This document shows, piece after piece, positions 29,553 to 47,399 of a stretch of DNA of 64,000 nucleotides. Location of the stretch: NCBI RefSeq assembly GCF_009914755.1, contig NC_060938.1. One strand, written 5' to 3'. Source of the stretch: the human T2T-CHM13v2.0 reference genome, Homo sapiens. Position numbers and translations under genes: made by a program. How positions within the stretch are numbered: the first letter of the stretch is position 1; each line of letters starts with the position of its first letter. The notes under the pieces were generated by a model that saw nothing but the letters and a program-made list of their open reading frames with translations, was not told the DNA's origin and searched no databases.

Positions 29553-29871
29553 TACAGTCATCCTTTGATATGCATGGCGAATTTGTTCCAGGATCCCCCT
29601 TGTATACCAAAATCCATGGATGCTCAAGTTACTGGTATAAAATAGTGTAGTATTTGCATATAACCTACACACATCCTCCTAGATACTTTAAATAATCTCT
29701 AGATTACTTAATAACATTTAATACGATGTAAATGCTATGTAAATAGTTGGTATACCATGTTGTTTTTTATTTGTATCATTTTTTATCATTGTATTGTTTT
29801 TTCTGACAATTTTGTTCCACAGTTGTTTGAATTGGTGGATGCAGAACCCATGAATATGGAGAGTCAATTGC
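29553..29871. mobile_element. MER2 (TcMar-Tigger) DNA transposon
   Basis: cagtcatccttt...gttccaggatcccc...ataccaaaatccatggatgctcaag...gtagtatttgcatataacctac, ending gatgcagaacccatgaatatggagag. Confidence 0.85.
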
Positions 29872-31254
29872 ATTATGCTCAAAGGTAAATGCATAACTTT
29901 TTCCGCACAGCTAATCTTCTAGCAACCCCATTGCTGTCCATGGCAAGCAGGCTTAGTCAATCTCGCCCTTTCCCGTTTCAGGTTCATTAAAAAACTCTTG
30001 TCAAAATCTCTTTCATCCCACCTTATTCTTCATTCTCACTTCCATCAGCATATCAGTCCAGGCCCTAGTAACATTAATGTTACTAATGGCACTGTTAGTA
30101 ACATTAGTTACCAGCATTCAAGTGGGTCTTCCTGATACCATTCTCTCCCATCCTGAAATCACTGCTCTTTATATAGAACTTGTATGATGTCATTCATTGG
30201 CTTAAAAACGTTTAAAGCCTTCATTTTTCTACCACCCCAATCTAAATTTCTATGTCTGGCTTTTATTAAAACCCATAATTTGGCCCCACCCTAACTATTT
30301 AACTTTATTTTCCACTATTCGCCAGTCTCCACCCTCATCAACGAGAAGACATACCATAATCCACCTCACCACTAACCCTTGGAATATCTAAACTTAAAAA
30401 TGGTCCTTCCTTTCCCCTTTACTTGTATTTAAAGAACCTGACGAATTATTCCTCCTCTGCTAAACCTTTCACAATTTCTTCAACCTCATTTATGTTTCAC
30501 ATTTTCAGAACATATCTTGCCGTTTATTAGGAATCTCACAATTATTCACTCTCATGTAGATAGATTTACAATCATGTATGTTGTCATCGTCTATTAAATT
30601 CCATACTCCTTGAAGGCAGGAGCCATGCCTTATTCTGTACTCAGAATGATGCAGAGCACACAGAAAGTCAAACCTTGTTGACTGATCCAGTGAGAAATGA
30701 CCAACTTCAGTTCCAGCCTCTCTTTAACATGTACATAGCAATTTGGGCAAGTCAAGCTCCATCCTGAAGGACATAATAGGGGACTCTTTTAAGCACATTA
30801 TTATGAAGGCCCTTCAGGGTTAACACCAGAGTGATGAGGTGCCCTATTCCAGGGATAATGGAGACAGAGTTCTTGGGATTCATCACTGGGGTCCTCAAAG
30901 CATCTTCCAAGGGCATAATAAGGAAGGACTCAAACACCTTTGAATCTCTGTGAGACCAGGCATGATGTCTTTTGAAAGAGTTCTTTCACTGGAGTGAATG
31001 TCAAAGAGAAGTATAATAAAATAAAAGAACTGAGTAGGGTACCCCTTGTTCATAAAATGACACTACCTAAATCACCCAATCTCACTGAGTCTTGGTTTAA
31101 CTCAAGAGGTTCCATGCCACTATAAGAGGTGGTAACTGCCAACTGATAGGAAATATTTTCATATGCGTAGTCATAGTGCCCCATATTTATGAAGTTCTTA
31201 AGAGTTTTCAAAAAGCTTTCTATATACATTATCTTTTACTTTCTAACTTCTCTA

Positions 31255-31600
<346 letters not shown>

Positions 31601-33355
31601 CCATAAAGACTTTTGCAAGGACCATGTCCCACCCAGAATGGTGCCTGCCTTTCTACAGTTTTTCAGGAAGAGGAAACATTTTCTGCTTCTCTTGCTGAGG
31701 TTTTTTTTTTTAACCACCCATTAGGAACGTATAGATTTCAGTATCGAACACTGGGATTCCCTCAGCAGGAATCCCTCAGGAGGAAAATTGCAAACAGAGC
31801 TGAAAGTGCAATGTGGAAAGGTCAGGCTGAGGAAGGTTCTTAGCCAGTAGACCAAGGGCAGAAAGGACACTGTCTCCTCAGTCTCCCACTGGGGAACTTG
31901 TGATTCTTGTCCCCTGACCTCAGAATTCCTTGTCATGTTTGTTTTGTCTCCAAGGAAAGGGTTTGAATTACAAAATTTAAGGCTAGAGTGGGCCTCCTGC
32001 AGTTAACATTAATCCTCTCTCTCCTTCACTGGCCTAGGTGAAGTCCAGGACCATGTAGTTCTGACGTCCACTCTCTCGGGAGATCACCAGTTCACCCATC
32101 TCACCCGGTAAGCTGGGCCCTAGTTTGGCGACAGGCATCTTCCACCCACCTGGGAGGCAGGGTTCAACACTCTGCCTCTGACCTTTTTTCCTTCCTCTTC
32201 CATCTGCTTAGGCAGCCAGAAGGGGTTGTCTAGCCAGCACCTGAGCTTTGGCGCTCCTCAAGCAGGTGGAGGAAATTTCAGGCACCTGGCTCCTCAGGTG
32301 TCTGCCATCCAGCTGCTCTTCAGGCCTGCCCAGCAGAGCTCTCTTGATCCAGCTAGAACTGGCCAGAACTGACTCACTCAGGAATGTGTAGACTTTGGCA
32401 TCATGGGCTGCTTTAATTTGCACAATTTCCAAATACCTTTTTCTTCTTTTTCTGATGAGTCATCTCCCTAGACTTGCATTTTAAAGAGATAGATAGTTAT
32501 CAGGTTCCAGAGAAGACATGGTAGAAAATTTATATCTCAAAGACACAGAGCTGAGACTTCAGGTTTAGATACTATAATTTGCCTAAACCAAAAAGGAATG
32601 TGTAGGTAAAGTTCTAGTCAAGACAGGATGGCCAGGAAAAACACCTTAAACCAAGGGATGGCTTGCTTTGCTGATTTAAGCCAATGGCTTCTTTATCATA
32701 AGACTTCCCAGTGATTTAGTCCTCCCTCTCTTCCAGTGCACAGAGACATACCCCTCCTTACAAATAAAAATATTCTTTATAGATGTAAACTTATTTTACA
32801 AAAATGTTTCAAAATAACCAGATGAAAATCATCCTTATGCCAGAAAGACTTGTTTTTTTTTTTTCATTACTAGAAATGAAACAGTAAGTATTTGTTGTAT
32901 TGACATACTTAGGCTTAGACCTATGTTTAACAAGAAAGCCTAATAATAGCACTGTGGTTAGACTGTAGCCTCTTTTTCCAAACCATCATTTTATTATTAT
33001 GGAAAGAAAGGATCAAATACCTTTCATTCATCTCATATGATCCTTTAAAACACATTCCACTAATAAGTCCCATTTGGAACAGCTGAAAATCTTTTAATAA
33101 GACTTTTTAAAGATGAGCTCATGGCTTAGTGTAAATTTCATAAGCTTAATTAGGTCAAATGGAAGGAACTCAGATGAGTAGTTGCCCAATCAGAGCCCAT
33201 TATTTGTAAGTCATCAGCCTCCTTCGTGACCTTAAAACTCCACTCTGACCTAATTATTGCAAACTTATATACAACAAAGTGAAAGGATTAATTTTCATTC
33301 ATCAACCTCTCAATCCCAGATTTTCAAAGAAAAAACCTATGTAAGGAATACTTAC

Positions 33356-33492
33356 CAAAACCAGACAGGAAAATTAGAGCCTGCATACTTAAGAGTCAAA
33401 TTTGTTCCACTACAGCCAGGTCACATACAATTACATCATTTTGTTCTTCATACACTCTGGAACTGACCAGGACAGAGTTTAGCATAGAAAAA
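33356..33492 (-). pseudogene. Candidate 137-bp internal exon of an unidentified gene
   Basis: Minus-strand acceptor tttcttacag and donor gtaagtat. Reads FSMLNSVLVSSRVYEEQNDVIVCDLAVVEQI*LLSMQALIFLSGF with a single TGA (possible CGA decay). Confidence 0.6.
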
Positions 33493-33597
33493 CTGTAAGA
33501 AATAGGTTCCAAAACATAGAAATTGCAAAGTCCAAAAGGCTATGAAAAAAACTAATGTAAATGAGAGACTCCCCTCCCTTTGTTTTAAAGAAATAGA

Positions 33598-34352
33598 CCC
33601 ATCAGAGAAATGCAAATCAAAACCACAATGAGATACCATCTCACACCAGTTAGAATGGTGATCATTAAAAAGTCAGGAAACAACAGGTGCTGGAGAGGAT
33701 GTGGAGAAATAGGAACACTTTCACACTGTTGGTGGGACTGTAAACTAGTTCAACCATTGTGGAAGTCAGTGTGGCCATTCCTCAGGGATCTAGAACTAGA
33801 AATACCATTTGACCCAGCCATCCCAGTACTGGGCATATACCCAAAGGATTATAAATCATGTTGCTATAAAGACACATGCACACGTATGTTTATTGCGGCA
33901 CTATTCACAATAGCAAAGACTTGGAACCAACACAAATGTCCAAAAATGATAGACTGGATTAAGAAAATGTGGCACATATACACCATGGAATACTATGCAT
34001 CCATAAAAAATGATGAGTTCATGTCCTTTGTATGGACATGGAGGAAGCTGGAAACAATCATTCTCAGCAAACTATCGCAAGGACAAAAAACCAAACACCG
34101 CATGTTCTCACTCATAGGTGGGAATTGAACAATGAGAACACTTGGACACAGGAAGGGGAACATCACACACCAGGGCCTGTTGTGGGGTGGGGGGAGGGGG
34201 GAGGTATAGCATTAGGAGATATGCCTAATATAAATGATGAGTTAATGGGTGCAGCCCACCAACATGGCACATGTATACATATGCAACAAACCTGCACATT
34301 GTGCATGTGTACCCTAGAATTTAAAGTATAATAAAAAAATTAAAAAAGAAAA
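33598..34352 (+). mobile_element. 5'-truncated L1PA (about PA3-PA5)
   Basis: ORF2 C-terminus (172 aa), 3' UTR with aaatgatgagttaatggg, A-tail; TSD aaagaaataga at 33587-33597 and 34353-34363. Confidence 0.92.
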
Positions 34353-35980
34353 AAAGAAATAGATGTTCTATAAAAATATACACAATTTTTACAGACAAAT
34401 ACATTTATAAGTTGTTTTTATCTTAAAAATTGGGGATATTTCATATTTATAACTAATTATTGAGCCTTAAGTTTTCTTGGCCATTTCTAGGCTAATAAAC
34501 TAAGAATCATGTAAACTAAGGCAAAGTAGAATAGACATAAAAGTCCTGAACACTTCAACTTCCTATCCTTCAAGAAGTATACCTCGCAAAGCTCATTTGA
34601 GAGAGGAAAAGCTTTCTTCCACCCTCTGTTTTACAGCGCTGAGGCTTCTCGTCACATTTCTATGACTTGTAGCTTAAATCCATGTTACATGGTCACTGGT
34701 ATTGTTAGTGCTTCTCTTTTAACACTGTAGGAATTAATCAATTTGGTGGCATATTTAATTAATTCTATCACTAGAGGATTGTAAAATTACATATATGAAT
34801 ACCTCACTTTAAAGGCCACTTAATTTTTTTCCAAGGGGATATTTGACTATATTTCACTTGTATCTTATTTAATGATTTTATAATTTAAACCCTAAATTAT
34901 AAATCTAGAATTTAGAGAGTATATTTCCTCACTGGATTACATTTTTGGAAATATTATTTTATATGTGCACAAATATTACAAAATCACTGTAGACACCTGA
35001 AAACTATATTATCTTTTAAAGGCAATATTCTACATTAAACTGGTATAACAAAATTGTTTGGTGCATTTTTTCCAGTACATTTTGTATATATTACATGTTT
35101 AACCTTTTTTTATCCAGCACATAATTTTTGAGTACTAAGTGCTAGGTTCTGCATTACTAACTGAATTTAAAGAGTGAAATAACAGACATGGTCTCAGACA
35201 ATAAAAATTAACATTAGGTCACCTATTTATATATTTGTAAATGGTAATTATGAAAACTTTTTGAGATTTTTAACTAGATAACATTATAATAACACACTTG
35301 ATATTGTTAATATTTGCCAGTGAGCAAAAAAGAAAATAAAAAGATGGTTTTATTCAATATACACTTTAAAATTGCAGGAAATAGTCAAGTTTCTCTGCTT
35401 TGCAGTTGAATGTCTATGTGTTTTTCTCTGCAACTTGGCTTTTGTGGAGTGAGAAACAATTATTCTTCCAGCCCAATGAAGGCAGAAGAGTAACAATAAA
35501 TCTAATATTTTAAATGCTTATCAAAAGATAGTAAACATATTATTTCAGAATACTGATATCAATAAGTTGACCTACAAAAAAAGCCAAACTGACAGTATTA
35601 CTGAATAAGGAAAGGCCCAAAGAGACAAAATACTTTTTATTTTGTAATCTCGGTATGACACAACTTACCCTAACTATAAAGACCCTAAATTACCAACATG
35701 GGTGCTTATAATATGGAGAGTTAAAAAAGTCATTTCACTTTTAGCTTTTTTATTTCTCTCAGAATAAAAAGTGTATAAGGAGTTTATAAAGAAGTTGATA
35801 CTATAAGTTAGTACTACAATGACAGCACTTTTCAAGAAAAGACTTTTTTCTCTCTTACAAATATCATGTTAGCAGTATTTGTTTTCTCCAGAAATAATGA
35901 GGAAATAAAAACATAAGTATGTGGGTAATTAGTGTAGTTTCTTAAAGAAATGAGTTAGGCAACAGGCTAATAATGTATAC

Positions 35981-36056
35981 TTCGCTGGCTTTTGAATGCC
36001 AACAATCATATTCTTTATAAGGCACAGAGATTTTTCTAAAGAATAAGTATGTGAAC
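35981..36056 (-). pseudogene. Candidate 76-bp internal exon of the same unidentified gene
   Basis: Acceptor tacttttcag and weaker donor gtatac. Open frame SHTYSLEKSLCLIKNMIVGIQKPA; its phase-2 end matches the start of the 33492 exon. Confidence 0.45.
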
Positions 36057-37204
36057 CTGAAAAGTAATCACCACTTGGTAGTGACAATATGGATAGGGTG
36101 AAGGGCGTCACCAAGAAGCAATGAAAAGATACATTTGCAGTTAAATTTGAAAACCATGATGTTTAATACATATAGTAATAAAGAATACTTTCTCCTGTTT
36201 CAAAATTATTTTAGAATTTAAGATAGAAGCTAAAATACCTAGGGATAATGATATGACTATTAAAAATTAAAGGACATTTTGAGTATTAGAAGAATGAAAA
36301 CTTATTACCCAATGAACAGGGATAATTCATTATGCTCCATATCCATTGAATTAAAAGACAGGCCCATTACCTGGATAATTTGAAAGTTTAATTTTATTTA
36401 AAAGTCTTGTTTCATTCATCAAGCTAAAGGATTAGCTCCCAGAAATATTCTATGATTGCATATCTGCAACTCTGTAGGAAGTATAGAAAGAATGTTATAA
36501 GGGCCACCATCTAAACATTATTATGTAAATAATTTAGTACCATTCCATTTGCCTTTGTAGAATTAAAAATGTAAATGGCTTTCTCATATTAGGAAACAGC
36601 ACTTTTCAAAACCCAGATAAACATAGTATATTGCAAGAGAATAATTATTTTCTTTATTAAAAAAGAAATACTGGATGCTAAGTCCAAAAGACATAAATTA
36701 TTTTATACTAATAACTACTAATATTTTATTCATTAAAATATAAAGGTCAAAGATTTCAAAAGATCTTTAAATGATTAATAACATGTTGATCTTTTTCTTC
36801 TTTCTGTAAACCTTTTTGAGTCTTCACAATACTAAACTATACAAGCAATATTAAATAGTATATAAACTTGGATTAAAATATTCAAATTTACTAGAATGTG
36901 GACATTGGAAAGAATGAAAATAAACAGAAGCATGAAGCAGCAGATATAAAATTAAGAAAGTAACTAAGAGTGTTTAAAGTACATATTCATCTGTGGTCTA
37001 ATGTCTACCATAAACAATGACTCTTCTCAGTAAAACACAAATTGTTCATGAAGGGAAAAAGCATGTTGTATTAGAGAATATTCAACATAATTTTTTTAGT
37101 ACTAACTTGTGCCTGGAGTATTATTGGTTTTTCTATTATGAACTTATGCACTTGATAATTTTTTTCATCAAAATTGTATGTACAATTCCATTCAGAAGCA
37201 GTTT

Positions 37205-37511
37205 TTGGTGGGTTTTTTTTTTTGAGACAGAGTTTTGCTCTTTTCACCCAGGCTGGAGTGTAATGGTGCGAATTTGCCTCACAGCAACCTAGCAACTTTT
37301 GCCTCCCAGGTTCAGGTGATTCTCTTGCCTCAGCCTCTCGAGTGGTTAGGACTACAAGCATGCACCACCATGCCTGGCTAATTTTGTGTTTTTAGTAGAG
37401 ACATGGTTTTGCCATGTTGACCAGGCTGGTCTTGAACTCCTGACCTGAGGTAATCCGCCCACCTTGGCCTCCCAAAGTGCTGGATATGGGCAAGAGCCAC
37501 CATACCTGGCC
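37205..37511 (-). mobile_element. AluS
   Basis: Antisense dimer; TSD aagcagttttt. Confidence 0.9.
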
Positions 37512-37855
37512 TCAAAAGCAGTTTTTAAAAGCAAACACAATATAACACCAAAGTTGAAAAATCTATGCTCACCCAAGGATGCCAGGTTTAATAAATTATT
37601 GATAGAATACTACATCAAAAATAAGACAATAACCAAAAATATACCATTAAAGATGTATCCACTCCTACAACTAGAGATAATTAATCTATCGGGTAGCAGA
37701 TGATACTTCAATCAGTTTCAGCATGTCTGAAATCTTTAAGGACAAAAGTGATAAAACATGACTTCATTCTTCATTAGACTCTTAGAACACTTGAAGGAAA
37801 ATAATTTCTGAAGCACGAAGAGGTAAAGAGGTGTAATCTTTCAAAAAGATATTCA

Positions 37856-38175
<320 letters not shown>

Positions 38176-38717
38176 AAGAGTGTAATATCGGTATGCACAG
38201 ACAATATACTGAATGAAACAAATAGAATAATTTGAAGAGGTATCTTGATGAACAAGGAGTCATTAGAAAGGTTGTATTCATGTCTTTGAAGGAAATTGCA
38301 ATGTGAGAAATTAATACTTTGACTACTATACTAAAAGTTTATTGCTAACATGTATTGAGTTATTAACGTGTGTTAGGCAGAGTACCATATAATTTAAAGT
38401 GTTATCTCATTTATTGTAGGTAAAATGTAATTTCGAACTCTGGGAGTATAAATGAATTAGATAGAATAAAATTCTATTTAAATGGTCATCAGTAAATCGG
38501 TATCTAGGAACAGGGTGATACAGTGCCCAAGTTTTCTATTCTTACTAAATGTTGTGTTTCATTTTCAATGTTTTCTTGGATATTGCTCTTTTTTGGTGAT
38601 TTTGATTTTTTTTTATTTTAGAAAACTAATAAATTGACTCTTCTTGGTACTGACTCGGGTTTTATAGAAGAAAAAGCAATTAAATTGTGTACATTTACCT
38701 TTACCTCATCTTTCCTC

Positions 38718-39388
38718 TTTTAAATTTACTTTAATTGACATATAATAAATGTACATGTTATGGGTTACAGAGTGATATTTTGATATATTTATGCAATGCG
38801 TAAAGATCAAGTCAGAGTCATTATCATATCCATTATCTAAATCATGTATTATTTCTTTGCAGTGAGAATATTCAAAATCTTTTATTTTAGTTGTTTGAAA
38901 ACACACAATAAATTCCCATTAACTACAGTCACCCAACAGTGCTGTAGAGAACTAGAACTTCTTCCTTCTCTCCAGCTGTAATTTTGTATGTATTAACCAC
39001 ATTTTTCTTATACTCTTCTGTCTCCTACTCTTTCCAGGATATGGTAACCAAAACTCTACTATCTATTTCTACGAGATTAAAAATTTTAGCTTCCATACAT
39101 AAGTGAGAACACGTAGTTATGTGGTGTTTATGTTTCTATGCCAGGCTTATTTCACCTAACATAATGCCCTCCACTTGCATTCTTGTTGCCACAAATAACA
39201 GGATTTTGTTCTTTATTATGACTAAATAATATTCCATTATATATGTATGTCACATTTCTTTATCCATTCATCTGTTGATGGACACTTTTGTTGATTCCAT
39301 ATCTTGGCTACTGTGCATAGTGCTGTAATAAACATGGGGGTGCAGGTAACTCTTTGATATACTGATTTTCTTTCCTTTGGATATATAG
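38718..39388 (-). mobile_element. L1MA-like 3' UTR and ORF2 end
   Basis: ttaattgacatataataaatgtacat..., ttgattccatatcttggcta, ttcctttggatatata. Confidence 0.82.
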
Positions 39389-40092
39389 TGAAAACCATAT
39401 GGTTAAATTAACAAACACAATAAAAGCGTTTGGCAAAATTAAATATTCTTACATGACAAAAAACCTCTCATCAATTTAGTATAGAAAATATATGCCTTGA
39501 CACAAAGGACATAAAGGACAAATCTACAGCTAAGATCATACTGAGTGTGGAAAAGGTGAAAGATTTTACTGTGAACAAGAAAAAGATTATACTGGAACAA
39601 GAAAAGGATGTCTATTTTCACCAATCATATTTCACATAGTGAAAGTCTTAGCCAGGACGATTAGGTGAGAGAAAGAAATAAAGGACATCTGAATTGGAAA
39701 GGAGACAGTCAAATTGTCCCTGTTTAAAGACAATGTGATCTTATACATGGAAAAAAATAAGACTCTACCAAAAGCTTCTTAGGGTGATACATGAAATTAA
39801 TAAAGTTGCAGGATATAAATCAACATACAAAAATCAGTAGCATTTCTACATATTGATAGTAAACTAGCTGAAACAAGAAATTAAGAAAGTAATTCCTTTT
39901 ACAATAGCTACAAAAATGTACTTAGAGATAAATTTAACCAAGGAAGTAAAAGATTTTGACAACAAAAATGACAAATATTAATGAAAGAAATTAAAGAAAA
40001 CACAAAAAAGGAAAGACATCCACGTTTATAGATTGAAATAATATTCTTAAAATGACCCACTATCCTATGTGATTTACAAATTTAGTACAATC
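39389..40092 (+). mobile_element. L1M ORF2 RT-region fragment, inverted relative to its neighbour
   Basis: gaaaaccatatgg, gtcaaattgtccctgtt, aaagttgcaggatataaatcaacatacaaaaatcagtagcatttc. Confidence 0.8.
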
Positions 40093-40804
40093 ACTAGCTT
40101 GTATTTTTAAAAGCACCTTTGCTGCATATTCTTAAGATATTCAATGACAATGCCTGGATTTAAGTTTGAGGTATTATTATATCTATTTTATACTGGGCAC
40201 AATATAATGTTATCAGAGGTAATGGTTTTGATTTGTCCTACGTCATACAGTAATATATATATTGTGATTTATAGACATGCTATCTTTTAATACTCAGGCA
40301 TTTAGAAAGTTCATTTAGACAAAGTTATAAAAACTTGCCTTCCTTTCTGCCTATATCACCTAAAAATCCTAATTTAAGAGGTAATAACATTTTTTATTTG
40401 ATATACAATTTATCAACACAATAAAAATCTAACAATTATGTGCAGAGTGTGAAAATCTCATCAGATTAAGGAACACAAATACATCTTTTTCATATTTTGA
40501 ATGTAAAACTGTTTTGGAAACAGTTATTTTTAGAAACAGTTAAAAACATTTTTTCATTAGTTTTTCATGTAAAATTGTGACAACCAGCATGAAATAACTG
40601 TCATCACAGAAGCATGGTATATTCGATTCTGAAACATATTCTTTGTAAGTTTTAATATATTTATGTATTATTTATACTTAATTGTAACCCATAATGTACA
40701 GATATTATTTTTCCTTCAACTCTTAAGAATACTCTTAAATAATAAAATAAAATTAATGAATTATAATTTTTGTTGGTTGGGAAAAAGACACACACGTGAC
40801 AGTG

Positions 40805-44839
<4,035 letters not shown>

Positions 44840-45227
44840 TAGGTAATATGAATATTCTGGACAGGAAATACGCCCTTAATTACATAGGAATAAACATTTG
44901 TTACACTGAGAAAAATCTAATAGAGCTAAAAATAAAAATTAATTTGGAAAGGTCATTAGATACTGATACATTCTTACGTTTACACATTCTTTCATATATT
45001 CATATATTCTTTTAACAGTATCAATGGTTTGGAGTTATGTGTACAAAACCATGACCTATATGTAATACAACTAATAACAGGCACTTACAATTCAAGGCAT
45101 ATTATATACAAAGCTTTAACTTCTTATCAAAATATTTCGTTTTTTTCTTTCTGTTTTGGCAGATACTATGAACACAACATTCAACTCACAGACACCATGG
45201 AGCCCTTACTAGGCATAAAGTACTGTG

Positions 45228-46945
45228 AAAGGCCAGGGCTAGGACAGAACTGAGACAGGGCCAGGTATAGGACAGAACTGGGGCAGGGTCATGGCCAGAG
45301 AAAAACCAGGGGCAGGGTCACAGCCAGGGACATGAGAGGACTAAGGCTAGGGCCAGAAGCAGCGCAGAACCAGGGCCAGGACAGGGACATGGCAGGGCCA
45401 GGGCCATGGCAGGATCAGGGTCAGCAGAAGGTCAGGGCAGAGCTAGGGTAGCACAGGGCCAAGGCAGGGCAGGGTCAGTGTAGAGCAAGGAACAGGCCAG
45501 GGTATGGCAGGGCAGGGACAGGGAGATCCAGGGCCAGAGTCAGGTCCAGGACATGGACAGGGCAGGGCCAGAAACATGGCAGGACCAGAAAGAGGACAGG
45601 GCAAGGGCAAGGCCAGAGAAGGACCATGGAAAAAACATGGCCAGGGAGAGTCCAGGGCAAGGGCAAGGCCAGGGCAGAACCAGAGCCACAGCAGGCCAAA
45701 GGCAGGGCCAGGGCAGGGCAAGGCCAGGGTAGGGCGGGGCCAGTGTAGGGTGAGGGTAGGGCCAGGGCGAGTTCAGGGCCAGGGCAGGACTAAGATAGCA
45801 CAGGGCCAAGGCAGGGACAGGGCAGGGCCAAAAGGAGGGGCCAGGGCCAAGCATGGCCAGTGTCAGACCTGGGGATTGTCAGGGCCAGGGTCAGGGTCAA
45901 GGCTGGGCCAGGGACAGGGCCAGAGCAAGGCCAGGGTCAGGGCAGAACCAGGACCAGGATAAGGCAAAGCCAAGGCCAGTGCAGGGCAAGGCCAGGGCAG
46001 GCCAAGACCAGGGAAGGGCAAGGCCAGGGTAGAAAAGGCCAGTGTACGGCCAGGCCAGGGTAGGAGAAGGCCATGGTAGGGCCAAGGCCAAGGCAGGGCA
46101 GGGCTAGGGTAGCACAGCGCATGGCCAAAAACAGAGCAGGGCCATAGCAGTGGCAGGACTAGCAACAGGGCTAGGGCAAGTGCTGGACCAGAGCATGGTG
46201 GGGACAATACAGGGCCAGGACAGAGGATGGCAAGGCAGGTCCAGGGTCATTTCATGGACTCGGTAGGCCTGGGGTCAGGCCAGGGCAGGGCAAAGGCAAG
46301 GCCAGGGAGAAGGCAGGGCCGGGGCCAAGGCAGTGCCAGGGCAGGGCAGGACCAGTGCAGGGCCAATGCAGGGTGAGGGCAAGGCCAGGGCATGGAAGGG
46401 CAGGGCAGGACCAAGGAAGGGCCAGGAGAGGGCCATGGCAGGGTCATGGCCAGAACAAGGGTATGGCTGGGGTCAGGAATATGGTAGGATGAGGGCTGGG
46501 CCCAGGCTGGGGCATGCAGGGCAGAGCATGGCCTGTGCAAGGCATGGCCAGAGCCAGGCCATAGAGATGGGAGGGCAACACCAAGGCAGAGTCAGGGTAG
46601 ATCCAGGGCTGAGCAGAGTCAGGGCAGGTCCAGAGTCGAGGCAGAGCTAGGGCCCAAGCAGGGCCATGGTAGCACCAGGGCAGAGGAGGGCAGGGCAATG
46701 CAGGACTGGGCCATGGCAGTGCCTGGTCAACTCCGGGGCAGGGCCAGAAGCAGGACAGGGACAGGGCCAATGCTCAGGCCAGGGACAGGGCATGACAGGA
46801 CGTGCCAGAGCAGGGCTGGGCCAACGTCGGGGCAGGGCAAATCAGACCAGGACACCTCCAATTCCAGCTCTGGCCCTGCCTTGGCCCTGGCCCCTTCCTG
46901 GCCTGACCTTGTCCCTGGCCCTGCCCTATCCATGCCCTGTGTGTT
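45228..46945. repeat. CAGGG-type G-rich repeat block 1 (last ~85 bp inverted)
   Basis: Degenerate CAGGG/CAGGGC/CAAGGC units, CpG-poor; matches the described pericentromeric CAGGG repeat class. Confidence 0.88.
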
Positions 46946-46989
46946 TGACCAGTGTTTTATAACCAGAATCCTACAAGAAACTTAAATTA

Positions 46990-47120
46990 GTTCTTTTTGT
47001 GCATTTTTAGTAGAGATGGGGTTTCACAATGTTGCCCAGGCTGGTTCCAAACTCCTGAGCTCAAGCCATCTGCCTGCCTTGGCCTCCCAAAGTGCTGGGA
47101 TTACAGGAGTAATCTGGCCA
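46990..47120 (-). mobile_element. Alu left-arm fragment followed by a MIR-like remnant (to about 47260)
   Basis: tttagtagagatggggtttcac...ccaaagtgctgggattacagg; then ctgtttcc.acatt.g.aaaatgg...gaattattgtgagaat. Confidence 0.75.
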
Positions 47121-47399
47121 AGTATTTAACTTCTTTATGCCTGTTTCCTACATTTGGAAAATGGAGATGCTTTAAGTACCTAGCACATAGAATTATTGTG
47201 AGAATCAATGCCTCACATATTTACATGTTGATAAAATTATACTCATAGAACACTACTGGAAGCAAAGATAGTATTAGTTAAAATTTAGTGATTACTACAA
47301 ATATTATTACTATTACAAACAACATAGTATAGACATTACTACTACTATAGTTATCTTAAAAATCTAAAATAAAAATTTTACATAATAGCCTAAAGTAAT

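Noticed and set aside
33610-34128. 172-aa ORF as an independent gene
   Set aside because: It is the ORF2 C-terminus of a 5'-truncated L1PA.
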